This document shows positions 8,451 to 21,362 of a stretch of 55,524 nucleotides of DNA, one piece after another; position 1 is the first letter of the stretch; the number at the start of each line of letters is the position of its first letter. The stretch comes from Actinomycetes bacterium (GTDB lineage: Bacteria > Actinomycetota > Acidimicrobiia > Acidimicrobiales > Acidimicrobiaceae): contig JAJYGI010000126.1 in NCBI GenBank assembly GCA_021790735.1, forward strand, positions 1 to 55,524. Direction: 5' to 3'. The translations under genes were made by a program, and so were the position numbers. The notes under the pieces are model-generated. The model ran no database searches and was not told the DNA's origin. It saw only the letters and a list, made by a program, of their open reading frames with translations.

Positions 8451-10457
8451 TCATAGTGACAGTAGCTCTCGAGCAGCTTTTTCTATAGTAGACAGACTAG
8501 CCACACCCAAGGTTGCTTGACTTTGGATAAGCTCGGAAATCGGACCAACAACGCCATATACAACTTTCATCGGTGCATCTAGATCCCAAAAACTTTTCTC
8601 GGATATATAGCTAGCGACTCGAGTGGCGAAGTCGCCTTCACGTTCCCCAAGTATAAGCACTTTTGAACATCTAGCTACCGAAGCCGATACTGTCTCGGTA
8701 TCAAAAGGATTGAGCGATCTCAGATCGATGACCTCAACGGAAGCCTCGCCAAAAAGTTGCTCCGCCACACTATGGGCGTGATGACGTAAAATTCCACAGG
8801 TAATAATGGTGAGGTCCCCACCCTCCCCAATTACATCCGCTTTACCTATCCGTATCCGATAGTTACCTTCCGGAGTTTCGCCTCTAACCATACTCCGAGC
8901 TTGTCTATTCTCTAAGACTACTACCGGTCCTGTACACATAAACGCTTGAGTTACAAGTCCGACAGCATCAGCCGGAGTTGACGGTACCACGCTTACAAGG
9001 GACTGAGCAAGTGCAGTCACGTCCGCCATGGTATATAGTCCTTCGCTATGGCCGGTCTCTTTCCCACCATAGACTGCTCTTATCACAATCGGAAGATCAA
9101 CCGAACTACGAGTTCTAGAGACAATTAAACTGTGCTCACGAGAGAGACGTTGAAGTACTGTGCTTGGCGACTCAGTATCCACGATCTCTACTATTGGACG
9201 GGCTCCAGCTAGCGACATACCAAGCGCAAACTGCATACGAGTGTTGGCTCTGAAGTTGACTGCGATCGTCTTACTCTCAAAAAAGTCAAGACTGCCTGTC
9301 AACTCCATTTGAGTAACCTTGTGCCGTAGTTCGTCGGATACAAGTACAACGTCTTCTTTATCTTTGAGGATACTTATAAAGGTATCGTCCAACGCCTCGC
9401 CAAGTGAACCGAGATGCCTTGGACCCTGATAGGCGTCGAAGCTTACGTCATAGTTAGGCTCCTTTATTACGCTCACCTCATCTGAGGTTGCAACGGCTTC
9501 GCTCTGATCAAGATAACGATCCTCTCTTTCCCGCTTCAGTTCATCTAGAATTAAGGACTCAAAACTATCGAGATCAATGGAATCAACGTTCCCATCTTCC
9601 ATTAAACGTCTCTTCAAACACTCCAAAGTATCAGGAACCATCGATACGTAACCGTTTGACTGTGCCAGCTCAATAACCTCGTGGTTCGAATGATCGCAAC
9701 TGGTTGCAACAACCACTACGGGACCCTGTCCCGAGGTTGTTGCTGCCTTAGCTTCTGCTAACGTTGCAACTAGGTCTTCTGGGTCGCATGAGCATGCCGA
9801 GGTTACAGAAACTGCATCGGTATAGCGATCAAACTCTTGCTTCACCGTCGCTAACACTCCGTTAGACGGCGCCGATAAAGATCGATCTAGTACAACTACC
9901 ACCACGGGAAGGTGGAACCTTTGGCTATAAGATATCGCTTCGACAAACTCTAGACTATGCAGTTGATCCGAGGTCAGAACACAAAATACCGTGTCCAGTG
10001 CACCTTTACGCATCTTCTCACGAGCAAATCCCACACTCTGAACAAGATTTGAACAACGTACAGAGGAGCCACCAACGGGTAATTTACGTTTGAACTCCTC
10101 ATGACCGCTCATCTCAGCGAAAGCACTGATCGCAACCTGTAGAGCCACCGCCAAGTTACCAGGAAACACCTGATCAATCTCAACATTGATCACCTTCATC
10201 AACGCTGCAAAAACTACCTCTGAGGAGACAGCGTCGCTTATGTATGAAGGCGATGCAACACGCGTTAACTCCACCATCGAAGTAGTAACGCTTCTAGCAA
10301 TCAACGCTGTTTTAAAGATCACAAGTTTATCTGCCATTGTCAGAATCTGCTCAGAATTGGCTATGTCTATGCCCATAGGTGCACTAAGTACCGGTTCAGA
10401 GTTCGGTAAAACAGTACGTTCTTTTTTTCGTCTCTTCCAAAACGCCATGTCTGCCAC
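8451..10457 (-). CDS. Degenerate 2-oxoacid dehydrogenase E1 alpha+beta fusion (TPP motif lost; probable pseudoenzyme)
   Basis: The C-terminal half has E1-beta hallmarks (GARPIVEI, PSTPADAVGL, GPVVVLE, IGKADVIGEGGDLTIIT, EVIDLRSLNPFD, DLDAP). The N-terminal half aligns to E1-alpha, but GDG…NN is replaced by TSDQ…DRS. Confidence 0.85.
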   Translation of the reverse strand: MADMAFWKRRKKERTVLPNSEPVLSAPMGIDIANSEQILTMADKLVIFKTALIARSVTTSMVELTRVASPSYISDAVSSEVVFAALMKVINVEIDQVFPGNLAVALQVAISAFAEMSGHEEFKRKLPVGGSSVRCSNLVQSVGFAREKMRKGALDTVFCVLTSDQLHSLEFVEAISYSQRFHLPVVVVVLDRSLSAPSNGVLATVKQEFDRYTDAVSVTSACSCDPEDLVATLAEAKAATTSGQGPVVVVATSCDHSNHEVIELAQSNGYVSMVPDTLECLKRRLMEDGNVDSIDLDSFESLILDELKREREDRYLDQSEAVATSDEVSVIKEPNYDVSFDAYQGPRHLGSLGEALDDTFISILKDKEDVVLVSDELRHKVTQMELTGSLDFFESKTIAVNFRANTRMQFALGMSLAGARPIVEIVDTESPSTVLQRLSREHSLIVSRTRSSVDLPIVIRAVYGGKETGHSEGLYTMADVTALAQSLVSVVPSTPADAVGLVTQAFMCTGPVVVLENRQARSMVRGETPEGNYRIRIGKADVIGEGGDLTIITCGILRHHAHSVAEQLFGEASVEVIDLRSLNPFDTETVSASVARCSKVLILGEREGDFATRVASYISEKSFWDLDAPMKVVYGVVGPISELIQSQATLGVASLSTIEKAARELLSL

Positions 10458-10653
10458 CCCATTTAATACTCAGAACACTTCAAGTGCTCTCTTAGGCTTA
10501 GAGATAGAGTACCGCTTTAAAGTCATCGACAGTAACCCCGCACTCCTTGGGAGCACCATCTTCTGGAAGATGATTCCACAAGATGTTAAATCAGAATCTT
10601 TTTGTCACCAATGTATTTCACAATTTTCACAACTTCGGCTAGTCTTAGGCATC

Positions 10654-12066
10654 ATGGTTACTCCAAATGTTTCATACTCAGTAGTTCTACGTGTCGAATT
10701 AAGTCATAAGCCTGGTACCTTGGGACGCTTGACCACATCCATCGGTGACTCTGGTGGAAATATTTTAGGTGTCGACATCGTAGAGGTCTCTGAAGACGTA
10801 ATTATTCGAGACATTACGGTTCTAGCAGTAGGCGTCGAGCACGCGAATGTAGTGCGCGAAGCTGCCGAACAAGTAGAAGGCGTACATGTCAGAAGCGTAA
10901 TGGATCGCACCTTCAGACTCCATCTAGGAGGCAAAATTGAGGTAAAAGGAAAGGTGCCAATCGAGACTCGTGACGACCTATCTATGGCATATACACCAGG
11001 CGTAGCGCGTGTCTCACTAGAGATAGCAGCTAAGCCCGTACAGGTTCATAAGTACACAATAAAATCAAACACCGTAGCAGTAGTGACAAACGGAACCGCT
11101 GTACTGGGACTAGGCAACATCGGACCTTATGCAGCACTACCTGTTATGGAAGGAAAGGCCCAGCTCTTTAAAGAGTTTGCCAATATAGATGCATTTCCAA
11201 TATGCCTGAATACCACTTCAATAGACGAGGTAATCGAAACAGTAGAGAGGATAGAACCGGTCTTTGGGGGGATAAACCTCGAAGATATAGCTGCACCCGA
11301 CTGTTTCGAGATTGAGGACCGGCTCAAAGGATCGCTTGATATACCAGTGTTCCACGACGATCAACACGGAACCTCAGTAGTAGTACTGGCTGCTCTACGA
11401 AACGCAGTTAAAGTGGTCAACAAGAAAATGTCCGATCTCTCAGTAGTTATCGCTGGAGCAGGAGCCGCGGGAGTCGCTATCGCCAAGATCCTCAACAACG
11501 CCGGTGTACCCAACGTGATGGTAGCCGATCGAAGGGGTTTAATATTCGACGGTCGAGAAGACTTCCAAGGCGCCAAGAGGTGGTTAGCCGAAAACAGTAA
11601 CCCTGAAAAGAGAATGGGTTCTGTTGCGGATGCACTTCGAGGCACAGATGTCTTCATAGGTGTTAGCGGGCCAAACATCATACATAGAGACGATGTCGAA
11701 CAGATGGCAGCCAAATCAATAGTCTTCGGATTAGCAAACCCAACTCCGGAGGTAATGCCTGAAGAGATCGAAGGAGTTGCTGCTGTAATTGCAACCGGAC
11801 GATCTGATTATCCAAACCAGATCAACAACGTTCTATGTTTTCCAGGTATCTTTAGAGGTGCCTTGGATTCCAATGCACTGTCGATCACCGAAACCATGAA
11901 ACTCGCCGCCGCCAACGCTATCTCAGCCGCCGTACCCGAGGAGGAACTCTCATCTAGCTACATAGTGCCCTCTGTATTCAATCGTTCAGTCGTAGGAGCG
12001 GTAGCTACAGCTGTAGCAGACGCTGCACGCAAAGAAGGAGTCATAAGGCACGATCCAGAGGTGTAG
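10654..12066 (+). CDS. NAD(P)-dependent malic enzyme with N-terminal ACT domain
   Basis: ACT domain (HKPGTLGRLTTSIGDSGGNI), then YTPGVA, VMEGKA, INLEDI, FHDDQHGT, GAGAAG and NQINNVLCFPG. ATG at 10654 is preferred over the track's 10186. Confidence 0.95.
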   Translation: MVTPNVSYSVVLRVELSHKPGTLGRLTTSIGDSGGNILGVDIVEVSEDVIIRDITVLAVGVEHANVVREAAEQVEGVHVRSVMDRTFRLHLGGKIEVKGKVPIETRDDLSMAYTPGVARVSLEIAAKPVQVHKYTIKSNTVAVVTNGTAVLGLGNIGPYAALPVMEGKAQLFKEFANIDAFPICLNTTSIDEVIETVERIEPVFGGINLEDIAAPDCFEIEDRLKGSLDIPVFHDDQHGTSVVVLAALRNAVKVVNKKMSDLSVVIAGAGAAGVAIAKILNNAGVPNVMVADRRGLIFDGREDFQGAKRWLAENSNPEKRMGSVADALRGTDVFIGVSGPNIIHRDDVEQMAAKSIVFGLANPTPEVMPEEIEGVAAVIATGRSDYPNQINNVLCFPGIFRGALDSNALSITETMKLAAANAISAAVPEEELSSSYIVPSVFNRSVVGAVATAVADAARKEGVIRHDPEV

Positions 12067-12083
12067 TTATCCAAATTAATGTA

Positions 12084-12117
12084 ATGAGGGGTGAAGTGGC
12101 ACCACTTCACCCCTCAT
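12084..12117. terminator. Perfect 16-bp-arm inverted repeat between the convergent malic enzyme and tRNA-Phe genes (bidirectional terminator)
   Basis: ATGAGGGGTGAAGTGG-CA-CCACTTCACCCCTCAT. Confidence 0.75.
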
Positions 12118-12118
12118 C

Positions 12119-12194
12119 TGGTGGTCTAGACCGGCGTCGATCCGGTGACACCACGCTTTTCAGGCGTGTGCTCTACCAACTGAGCTACTAGACC
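12119..12194 (-). tRNA. tRNA-Phe (GAA), CCA encoded
   Basis: Reverse complement GGTCTAGTAGCTCAGTTGGTAGAGCACACGCCTGAAAAGCGTGGTGTCACCGGATCGACGCCGGTCTAGACCACCA folds as a 76-nt cloverleaf. Confidence 0.96.
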
Positions 12195-12198
12195 ACAG

Positions 12199-12273
12199 CG
12201 GACCTGACGGGATTTGAACCCGCGACCTCCGGCTTGACAGGCCGGCGTGCACTCCGAGCTGCACCACAGGTCC
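12199..12273 (-). tRNA. tRNA-Asp (GTC), CCA not encoded
   Basis: Reverse complement GGACCTGTGGTGCAGCTCGGAGTGCACGCCGGCCTGTCAAGCCGGAGGTCGCGGGTTCAAATCCCGTCAGGTCCG. Confidence 0.96.
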
Positions 12274-12653
12274 TCATTACACTGCGTGAGCTAAGTCATT
12301 CTAGCGACCTAGCACTATATCCGCTACCGTTTTCTAAAAGTACTACTGCGAGATCTACAATCTCCAGAGATCAGGACTCTAATTTGATAGTGGAATCTTG
12401 CATCGAGATGAATATAAGAATTTATAGCTAAAGGTCCGTTAATACGTTCCTTTATGGACATAATGAATGGGTACCTTGAGCCACTTATTAGCAAAGATTA
12501 AGAAGCCTCTTAAGGGCAAACGTAACGGAATTAGTCATCAGAACGACTTCCGGTATATCACAATAAGCGTGAACCTCACCACTCGAACGATACAGTTACG
12601 GTGTGATTGCGTTTATAGTAATAACTACATAAGCAACCGAAAGTGCATAGATC

Positions 12654-13013
12654 ATGGATATTGACAAATCACAAAATAAAATCATTAAAGACTACCTAGA
12701 CGGATTAGAAAAACATAAAGCAAAGCGCGGAAGAAGGCGTTCGCCAGAAACCATAAAAAGACGATTAACAGCTATCGACGACAAGCTTCCCACCGCATCA
12801 ACTCTAACAAAGCTTCACTTAATTCAAGAAAAACTAGATCTTGATTCAGCACTAAAGGCACTTGAGACACCGGCAAATATAAACGATCTAGAACCTTTGT
12901 TCATCGAGGTAGCGAAGCCATATAGCGAGAGACACAATATCTCATATAGTGCCTGGAGAGCAATGGGCGTAAGACCAGAGATCCTCAAGCGCGCCGGAAT
13001 CGTTGAAGCCTAG
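12654..13013 (+). CDS. Small basic hypothetical protein (possible DNA-binding protein)
   Basis: 119 aa with a KAKRGRRRSPE basic motif, a coiled-coil middle and a C-terminal YSERHNISYSAWRAMGV segment. Confidence 0.85.
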   Translation: MDIDKSQNKIIKDYLDGLEKHKAKRGRRRSPETIKRRLTAIDDKLPTASTLTKLHLIQEKLDLDSALKALETPANINDLEPLFIEVAKPYSERHNISYSAWRAMGVRPEILKRAGIVEA

Positions 13014-13016
13014 GCA

Positions 13017-13691
13017 CTACTGTACAACTTCTAGGCTCGAGAGAAACGACTGGAACACCTTCCGACCTGAACTTGAGCCTACGAGATTACTCATTGCCCG
13101 CTCGGGATGAGGCATCATGCCAACCACGTTACGATGCTCGTTGCAGATCGCTGCGACGTGATCGACCGAACCATTCGGATTGTTTACGTATCGCAAAAGT
13201 ATCCGATCCTCATCATTTAAACGCTTCAAATCCTCGGAACTACAGGTATAGTTACCCTCAAAGTGGTTGATCGGAAGTGATAGAGTTTCGCCCACCGATA
13301 GAGTCGCTGTTATGGGTGACTTAGTAGATATCACCTCACATTCGACTACGTCACAAAGAAAAGCTAGTCCAACATTTTTCTGTAGCGCTCCGGGTAGGAG
13401 GCCAGCTTCAGTAAGTACCTGGAAACCGTTGCAGATTCCCAATACAGTCTTTCCGGACATAGCGAACTCCACAACGGCCGACATAACCGGAGAGAACCGA
13501 GCTATCGCTCCGGGTCTTAGATAGTCACCATGAGCAAAACCTCCTGGAATTACTATGCTCGATAATCCTTCTAGATCCGTCTCACGATGCCAAATAAGTC
13601 TGGACTTAGCGCCCAGATCCAAAAGAGCTGCAGCAACGTCATGTTCGCAGTTCGTCCCTGGAAAGACCACAATTCCAACAACGTTACTCAC
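13017..13691 (-). CDS. purQ: FGAM synthase glutaminase subunit PurQ
   Basis: VFPGTNCE, PGGFAHGDYLR, GICNGFQ and MPHPER motifs; the GTG start at 13691 overlaps the purS end. Confidence 0.97.
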   Translation of the reverse strand: MSNVVGIVVFPGTNCEHDVAAALLDLGAKSRLIWHRETDLEGLSSIVIPGGFAHGDYLRPGAIARFSPVMSAVVEFAMSGKTVLGICNGFQVLTEAGLLPGALQKNVGLAFLCDVVECEVISTKSPITATLSVGETLSLPINHFEGNYTCSSEDLKRLNDEDRILLRYVNNPNGSVDHVAAICNEHRNVVGMMPHPERAMSNLVGSSSGRKVFQSFLSSLEVVQ

Positions 13692-13950
13692 CGTTAGTCT
13701 CCGTAATCTCAGAGACTGTGAAGTCTTGAATAACTGGGTTTGAAAGCAGTTCAAGTCCGATCTTCTTCGCCGCAGCCAGCGTTTCAGACTCGGAGGTAAG
13801 GTCGAACAGAACCAAAAAGCTCTTCCCAGATCTTACTCTTCGAACAGGAGCAACCTCCAGCGATCTAGCCGCCTCGGCTATAGTCAATCCCTCTGGATCT
13901 GAGACTCCTTCTTTTAGAAACACATCTATCTTTGCCTCGTAGCTCAACAA
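13684..13950 (-). CDS. purS: FGAM synthase subunit PurS
   Basis: LKEGVSDPEG…VRSGK…LLSNPVIQDF; lies between purC and purQ. Confidence 0.95.
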   Translation of the reverse strand: MLSYEAKIDVFLKEGVSDPEGLTIAEAARSLEVAPVRRVRSGKSFLVLFDLTSESETLAAAKKIGLELLSNPVIQDFTVSEITETNGE

Positions 13951-14009
13951 ACACCCTCACAAATCACTAGTTGACATAACAATGTATCGAACAACTCTTT
14001 CACATACAA

Positions 14010-14924
14010 TCACTGTAACCTATCGCCAAGATAGCAGACCTCACTGTCAGAGCCGGGCCAATCTAGAAAGGTTGAGCCCGTTAGGGACTCGTATATCGAT
14101 ATGTAGCTACTAGAGATCTGATCCCTTAAGGGATCAGGCAGATGAGGTGGCTCTCCATCTCCGCTCCAGGAGTTTCGAGAAAGCCAGTCCCTCAGGATCT
14201 GTTTGTCAAGCTGGACAGGTTCTACCGCACTTTGAAGTGAATCTGCTCTCCAATATCTCGAAGAGTCTGGAGTAAGAACTTCATCGCAAAGAGACAAAGC
14301 GTCTCCGATGTAACCAAACTCAAACTTGGTATCTGCAATGACTAAGCCCTTTCCCAGAGCTATGTCTAACGCCTTTTCATATATCTGGAAAGAAAGGTCC
14401 TCGAGCTGGACTGCTAGGTCCCTCCCCACTCTATCTCTCAACTCTGCATGAGATAGTGCCACATCATGACCTTCTTGTTCTTTTGTGGTAGGAGTAAAGA
14501 TCGGTTCTTCGAAACGGTCTCCCAAGGAGAAGTTCGCAGGAGCTGGACGACCGCCAATGCTTTGGTACCTTTGATACTCCTGCCACGCAGAACCTGCCAG
14601 AAAGCCCCTCACAACACACTCTATCGGTACCATATCTGCTAGTCTGACCTTAGTAGTACGACCCAAAAGACTCTCGTCCAGACCCAACTGACCGAGTGCA
14701 TCCCCGCCCAAAAGTACGGGAGACTGAGTAGGTAGAACCCCTTCCAGCTCTTGAAACCAATACAACGACAAGGCGGTTAGAACTAATCCCTTGTGTAGAA
14801 TCCCTTCACTCATTACGCGATCGTAAGCCGAAACCCTATCTGTAGCAACGACGACTAGGTGCTCAGAGTCTTCCTCTAAAACGTAAGAGTCCCTTACCTT
14901 TCCGATATGATCCAGAACAATCAT
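14010..14924 (-). CDS. purC: SAICAR synthase
   Basis: GKVRD, TDRVSAYD, ECVVRG, ADTKFEFG, DEVLTPDSSR and DKQ motifs. Confidence 0.97.
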   Translation of the reverse strand: MIVLDHIGKVRDSYVLEEDSEHLVVVATDRVSAYDRVMSEGILHKGLVLTALSLYWFQELEGVLPTQSPVLLGGDALGQLGLDESLLGRTTKVRLADMVPIECVVRGFLAGSAWQEYQRYQSIGGRPAPANFSLGDRFEEPIFTPTTKEQEGHDVALSHAELRDRVGRDLAVQLEDLSFQIYEKALDIALGKGLVIADTKFEFGYIGDALSLCDEVLTPDSSRYWRADSLQSAVEPVQLDKQILRDWLSRNSWSGDGEPPHLPDPLRDQISSSYISIYESLTGSTFLDWPGSDSEVCYLGDRLQ

Positions 14925-14926
14925 AT

Positions 14927-16240
14927 TCAGAGTCTCTCTTCAATTGATTCTAGGTTTTCGAGCACCTTCGACACATTACGCAGGAGTCTCTTCTCATCCA
15001 TCACCCGCCTGAGCTCCTCCTCGTCGATTATCACTTCGGGGTCATCGACCAAAACATCAAAGAACTGCATTTTTCCGTCATAAGCAACCCTCGCATCCCG
15101 TTGGACTATTCGATAGGCTTCGTCTCGGCTTAATCCGTGCTCCACAAGAAGCAGCAGAACAGACTGAGAGAAGTACAAGCCAAGCGAACGCTCAAGATTC
15201 TCTCGCATATTTTCTGGGCGTATCTCTAGGTTCTCTATGAGCCAGCGAAACTTCTTTATCCCATAGTGAGAGAGGTGGAAAGCGTCTGGAACAACTACAC
15301 GCTCTACTGAAGAGTGTGAGATATCTCGTTCATGCCATAGAGCAACATTCTCCAAAGATGCACTTAAGTATCCTCGAAGCACGCGGGAGATGCCAACCAA
15401 TCGCTCAGCTACTATGGGGTTCCGTTTGTGTGGCATTGCAGAGGAGCCCTTTTGTCCACTTTGGAAAGGCTCAAATACCTCGCCTACCTCGCTTCTTTGA
15501 AGATGCCTTATCTCCGTCGCGAAAGATTCTAGTGAAGTAGTAAGCGACGTCAGTGAGTACATTACCTCAGCATGGATGTCTCGGGCTATTACCTGAGTCG
15601 CCGAGATAGGTTTTAGCTCTAGAAGAGACAGTGCATAGTACTCGACCATTGGCTCGATATTTGAGTATGTCCCGACAGCTCCAGAGAGTTTTCCAACTGA
15701 GATCTGTGAGAAAGCTTTGGCAAGTCGGTTATAGTCTCTCTCCATTTGATACGCCCATAACGCGACCTTTGCTCCAAAAGTCGTGGGCTCGGCGTGCATA
15801 CCATGTGTGCGACCCATCTCCGCTGTGCCGCTATGTTTTATGGCTAACTCCTTCAGCGACAAGATAGTTTTTTTAACTTCCTCGCTCAATATACCTAGAG
15901 CCTCTCGAATCTGGATTGAAAGAGCAGTGTCAACAACGTCGGATGACGTCAACCCAAAGTGAATTAACGAAGACTCATTCAAGTTAACTCTTCTTTGCAA
16001 AATATCAACGAAGGCAGCAAGATCGTGGTTTGTCGTCACTTCTCTTTCAAGAACCTCGCTCACAAAAGAGTCGTCAACCACGGGAAGGTTGTCTTTAATT
16101 TTCCCAAAATCCTCTTCGGTTGCCAGGCCGAACTTAACGAAGGCTTCAACTACTGCCAACTCGACCGACGTCCAAATCTGCATACGATGCACATCTGAGA
16201 AGATCTCTCGCATCTCTTCGGTTTCATATCGACTGATCAA
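14927..16240 (-). CDS. purB: Adenylosuccinate lyase
   Basis: HFGLTSSD, GRTHGMHAEP, SSAMPHKRNP and HERDISHSS motifs. Confidence 0.98.
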   Translation of the reverse strand: MISRYETEEMREIFSDVHRMQIWTSVELAVVEAFVKFGLATEEDFGKIKDNLPVVDDSFVSEVLEREVTTNHDLAAFVDILQRRVNLNESSLIHFGLTSSDVVDTALSIQIREALGILSEEVKKTILSLKELAIKHSGTAEMGRTHGMHAEPTTFGAKVALWAYQMERDYNRLAKAFSQISVGKLSGAVGTYSNIEPMVEYYALSLLELKPISATQVIARDIHAEVMYSLTSLTTSLESFATEIRHLQRSEVGEVFEPFQSGQKGSSAMPHKRNPIVAERLVGISRVLRGYLSASLENVALWHERDISHSSVERVVVPDAFHLSHYGIKKFRWLIENLEIRPENMRENLERSLGLYFSQSVLLLLVEHGLSRDEAYRIVQRDARVAYDGKMQFFDVLVDDPEVIIDEEELRRVMDEKRLLRNVSKVLENLESIEERL

Positions 16241-16264
16241 AACGCCCTCACTTCTAAAACCTTC

Positions 16265-18801
<2,537 letters not shown>

Positions 18802-21291
18802 CTAAGTTAGCTTTAGGTGTTCCTCATTCTTAGGGTCTAGATCGACTAAAATCTGACCTCCTTCAGAGTAGTGACCTGCCAGCAGTTCAGAGGCGATTTT
18901 ATCACCCAGTTCTCTTTGAATTACCCGCTTTAGGGGACGCGCACCAAAGACGGTATCAAAACCTTTTCTAGCAAGCCAGTCTTTCGCATCGTCGGAAACC
19001 TCTAGCTTGATTCGTTTGGGATCAAGTCTTTGCGCCAATAAGCCAAGTTGAATCTCAACTATCTTGCGCAAGGCATCGGTGTCTAAAGAATGAAACTTGA
19101 TGATCTCATCTATTCTGTTGACAAACTCAGGTTTGAAGAATACCTGCGGGTCGACCGATAGGTTTGAGGTCATGATTAAGATTACATTCCTGAAGTTGAC
19201 CGTCCTACCTTGTCCGTCGGTAAGACGTCCATCGTCTAAGACCTGTAACAGTATGTTGAATACATCTTGGTGGGCTTTTTCAATCTCATCTAGCAGCACT
19301 ACACAGTACGGTCGTCGCCTAACAGCCTCTGTAAGTTGGCCACCCTCGTCGTAACCTACGTACCCAGGAGGTGCGCCAACGAGACGTGCAACTGTATGAG
19401 CCTCTTGATACTCAGACATATCTATTCGTATCATTGCCTTTGGGTCGTCAAAGAGGAACTCAGCAAGTGCTCGGGCCATCTCCGTCTTCCCCACGCCCGT
19501 TGGGCCAATGAAAAGGAACGATCCAATCGGTCGATCAGGATCAGAGAGTCCAGCTCGAGAGCGCCTGATTGCGTTAGAGACAGCAACCACAGCCTGGTCC
19601 TGTCCTACCACCCTTTGGTGGAGACTCTCCTCCATACGAAGGAGTTTCGTCATCTCTCCTTCAAGCAGGCGAGATACAGGAATGCCTGTACTCTTAGACA
19701 CCACCTCAGCGATGTCTTCTTCATCCACTTCTTCCTTGAGCATGCGTTGTGTCTGTTGAAGTTCAGCCAACTCTTTTGTAGCCACTTCTACCTCTCTAGC
19801 TAGCTCTGGAAGCCGTCCATAACGAATCTCTGATGCTCGATCCAAAGCCCCCTCACGTTCATAGCGATCCGCTAGGGAGCGAGCAGACTCCAACTTCTCT
19901 TTCTCCTCTCGAATCTTTGAAATAGCATCTTTTTCCGACTGCCAATGGAGCGTCATGAACTTGAGGTTTTCCTTTAAGTTTGCAAGTTCTTGATCCAACC
20001 TAGCCATTCGCTCCTGAGACATAGAGTCAGTCTCTTTGGACAACGAAATTCGCTCAATCTCAAGTTGTCTAATCCTTCTCTCAACAACATCAATCTCGGT
20101 CGGACGAGAGTCGATCTCAATACGTAATCGAGATGCCGCCTCATCAATAAGGTCAATAGCTTTATCAGGAAGAAATCTGTCTGTTATATAACGATCAGAC
20201 AACATCGCCGCTGCTACAAGCGCTTGGTCTTGGATGCGTACTCCATGGTGCACCTCGTAGCGTTCCTTTAGGCCCCTAAGGATAGCGACCGTATCTTCTA
20301 CCGAAGGAGGGTTAACCGTCACTCGCTGAAATCTTCGTTCAAGAGCCGGGTCTTTCTCAATATACTTTCGGTACTCATCTAAGGTAGTAGCGCCAACCAT
20401 ACGAAGCTCGCCTCTCGCTAACATTGGCTTCAACATATTCGAGGCATCCATAGCTCCCTCAGCCGCTCCTGCACCTACAACTGTGTGCATCTCATCGATG
20501 AAGGTTATGATCTCGCCCTCGGCATCTACAATCTCCTTCAGAACCGCCTTAAGTCGCTCCTCAAACTCACCTCTATACTTAGCGCCAGCCACCATCGAAG
20601 CTAGATCTAAAGCGATTAGCCTCTTGCCCTTTAGTCCCTCAGGTACGTCACCTTCAACGATGCGTTTCGCAAGTCCTTCGACAATCGCAGTCTTTCCGAC
20701 TCCCGGCTCTCCGATGAGGACTGGATTATTCTTGGACCGACGAGAGAGTACCTGAATTACTCGTCGAATCTCCTCATCCCTTCCTATTACTGGGTCGACC
20801 TTACCTTTTCGTGCCTCTTCGGTCAGGTCCCGACCATAACGCTCAAGTGCTTGGTAGCTCTCTTCGGGGTTGGTGTTCGTTACTCTATGAGAGCCTCGCA
20901 CCTCCTTCAGAACTCCAAGCAGCTGGTCCTTGGTTACACCTAGTAGGTCAGAAAGACCGAACAGAAGGTGCTCTACGGACAGATAGTCGTCTCCGAGACT
21001 TGATCTTTCCTTCTCGGCCTGGTCAAGGAGGTTCAAAAGAGAACGTGAAATCTGCGGAGTGCCACCGTAGGATTTAGGAAGTTTTGCGACCTTCTCTTCA
21101 ATGGAGTTTTTGAGCTGCATCGGAGAAATGCCGAGCTTTTGAACTATTGGAAGAGTAACTCCTTCATTTTGAGAAAGAAGCGCCAAGACTAGATGTTCCC
21201 TCGTCACTTCAGGGTTGACGGCTTTCTCAGCTAAATGAACTGCTTGTTGAAAGCCCTCTTGTGTTTTTAGCGTCCACTTTGACGTATCCAT
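18802..21291 (-). CDS. clpB: ATP-dependent chaperone ClpB
   Basis: Clp N-domain, two AAA+ modules ([16 protein letters not shown]), a coiled-coil middle domain and GARPLKR. Confidence 0.98.
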   Translation of the reverse strand: MDTSKWTLKTQEGFQQAVHLAEKAVNPEVTREHLVLALLSQNEGVTLPIVQKLGISPMQLKNSIEEKVAKLPKSYGGTPQISRSLLNLLDQAEKERSSLGDDYLSVEHLLFGLSDLLGVTKDQLLGVLKEVRGSHRVTNTNPEESYQALERYGRDLTEEARKGKVDPVIGRDEEIRRVIQVLSRRSKNNPVLIGEPGVGKTAIVEGLAKRIVEGDVPEGLKGKRLIALDLASMVAGAKYRGEFEERLKAVLKEIVDAEGEIITFIDEMHTVVGAGAAEGAMDASNMLKPMLARGELRMVGATTLDEYRKYIEKDPALERRFQRVTVNPPSVEDTVAILRGLKERYEVHHGVRIQDQALVAAAMLSDRYITDRFLPDKAIDLIDEAASRLRIEIDSRPTEIDVVERRIRQLEIERISLSKETDSMSQERMARLDQELANLKENLKFMTLHWQSEKDAISKIREEKEKLESARSLADRYEREGALDRASEIRYGRLPELAREVEVATKELAELQQTQRMLKEEVDEEDIAEVVSKSTGIPVSRLLEGEMTKLLRMEESLHQRVVGQDQAVVAVSNAIRRSRAGLSDPDRPIGSFLFIGPTGVGKTEMARALAEFLFDDPKAMIRIDMSEYQEAHTVARLVGAPPGYVGYDEGGQLTEAVRRRPYCVVLLDEIEKAHQDVFNILLQVLDDGRLTDGQGRTVNFRNVILIMTSNLSVDPQVFFKPEFVNRIDEIIKFHSLDTDALRKIVEIQLGLLAQRLDPKRIKLEVSDDAKDWLARKGFDTVFGARPLKRVIQRELGDKIASELLAGHYSEGGQILVDLDPKNEEHLKLT

Positions 21292-21362
21292 ATTCTTTCA
21301 CCACCATCTTCGTAAGTTGCATTTGGATCGATAGCGCCAACCTTCGCACTCAAGACCTATTT

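Noticed and set aside
10186-10653. 156-aa N-terminal extension of malic enzyme in the ORF track
   Set aside because: It overlaps the opposite-strand E1-like gene; homology begins at the ACT domain (ATG 10654).
12234-12431. 65-aa ORF
   Set aside because: It begins antisense within tRNA-Asp and has no coding features.
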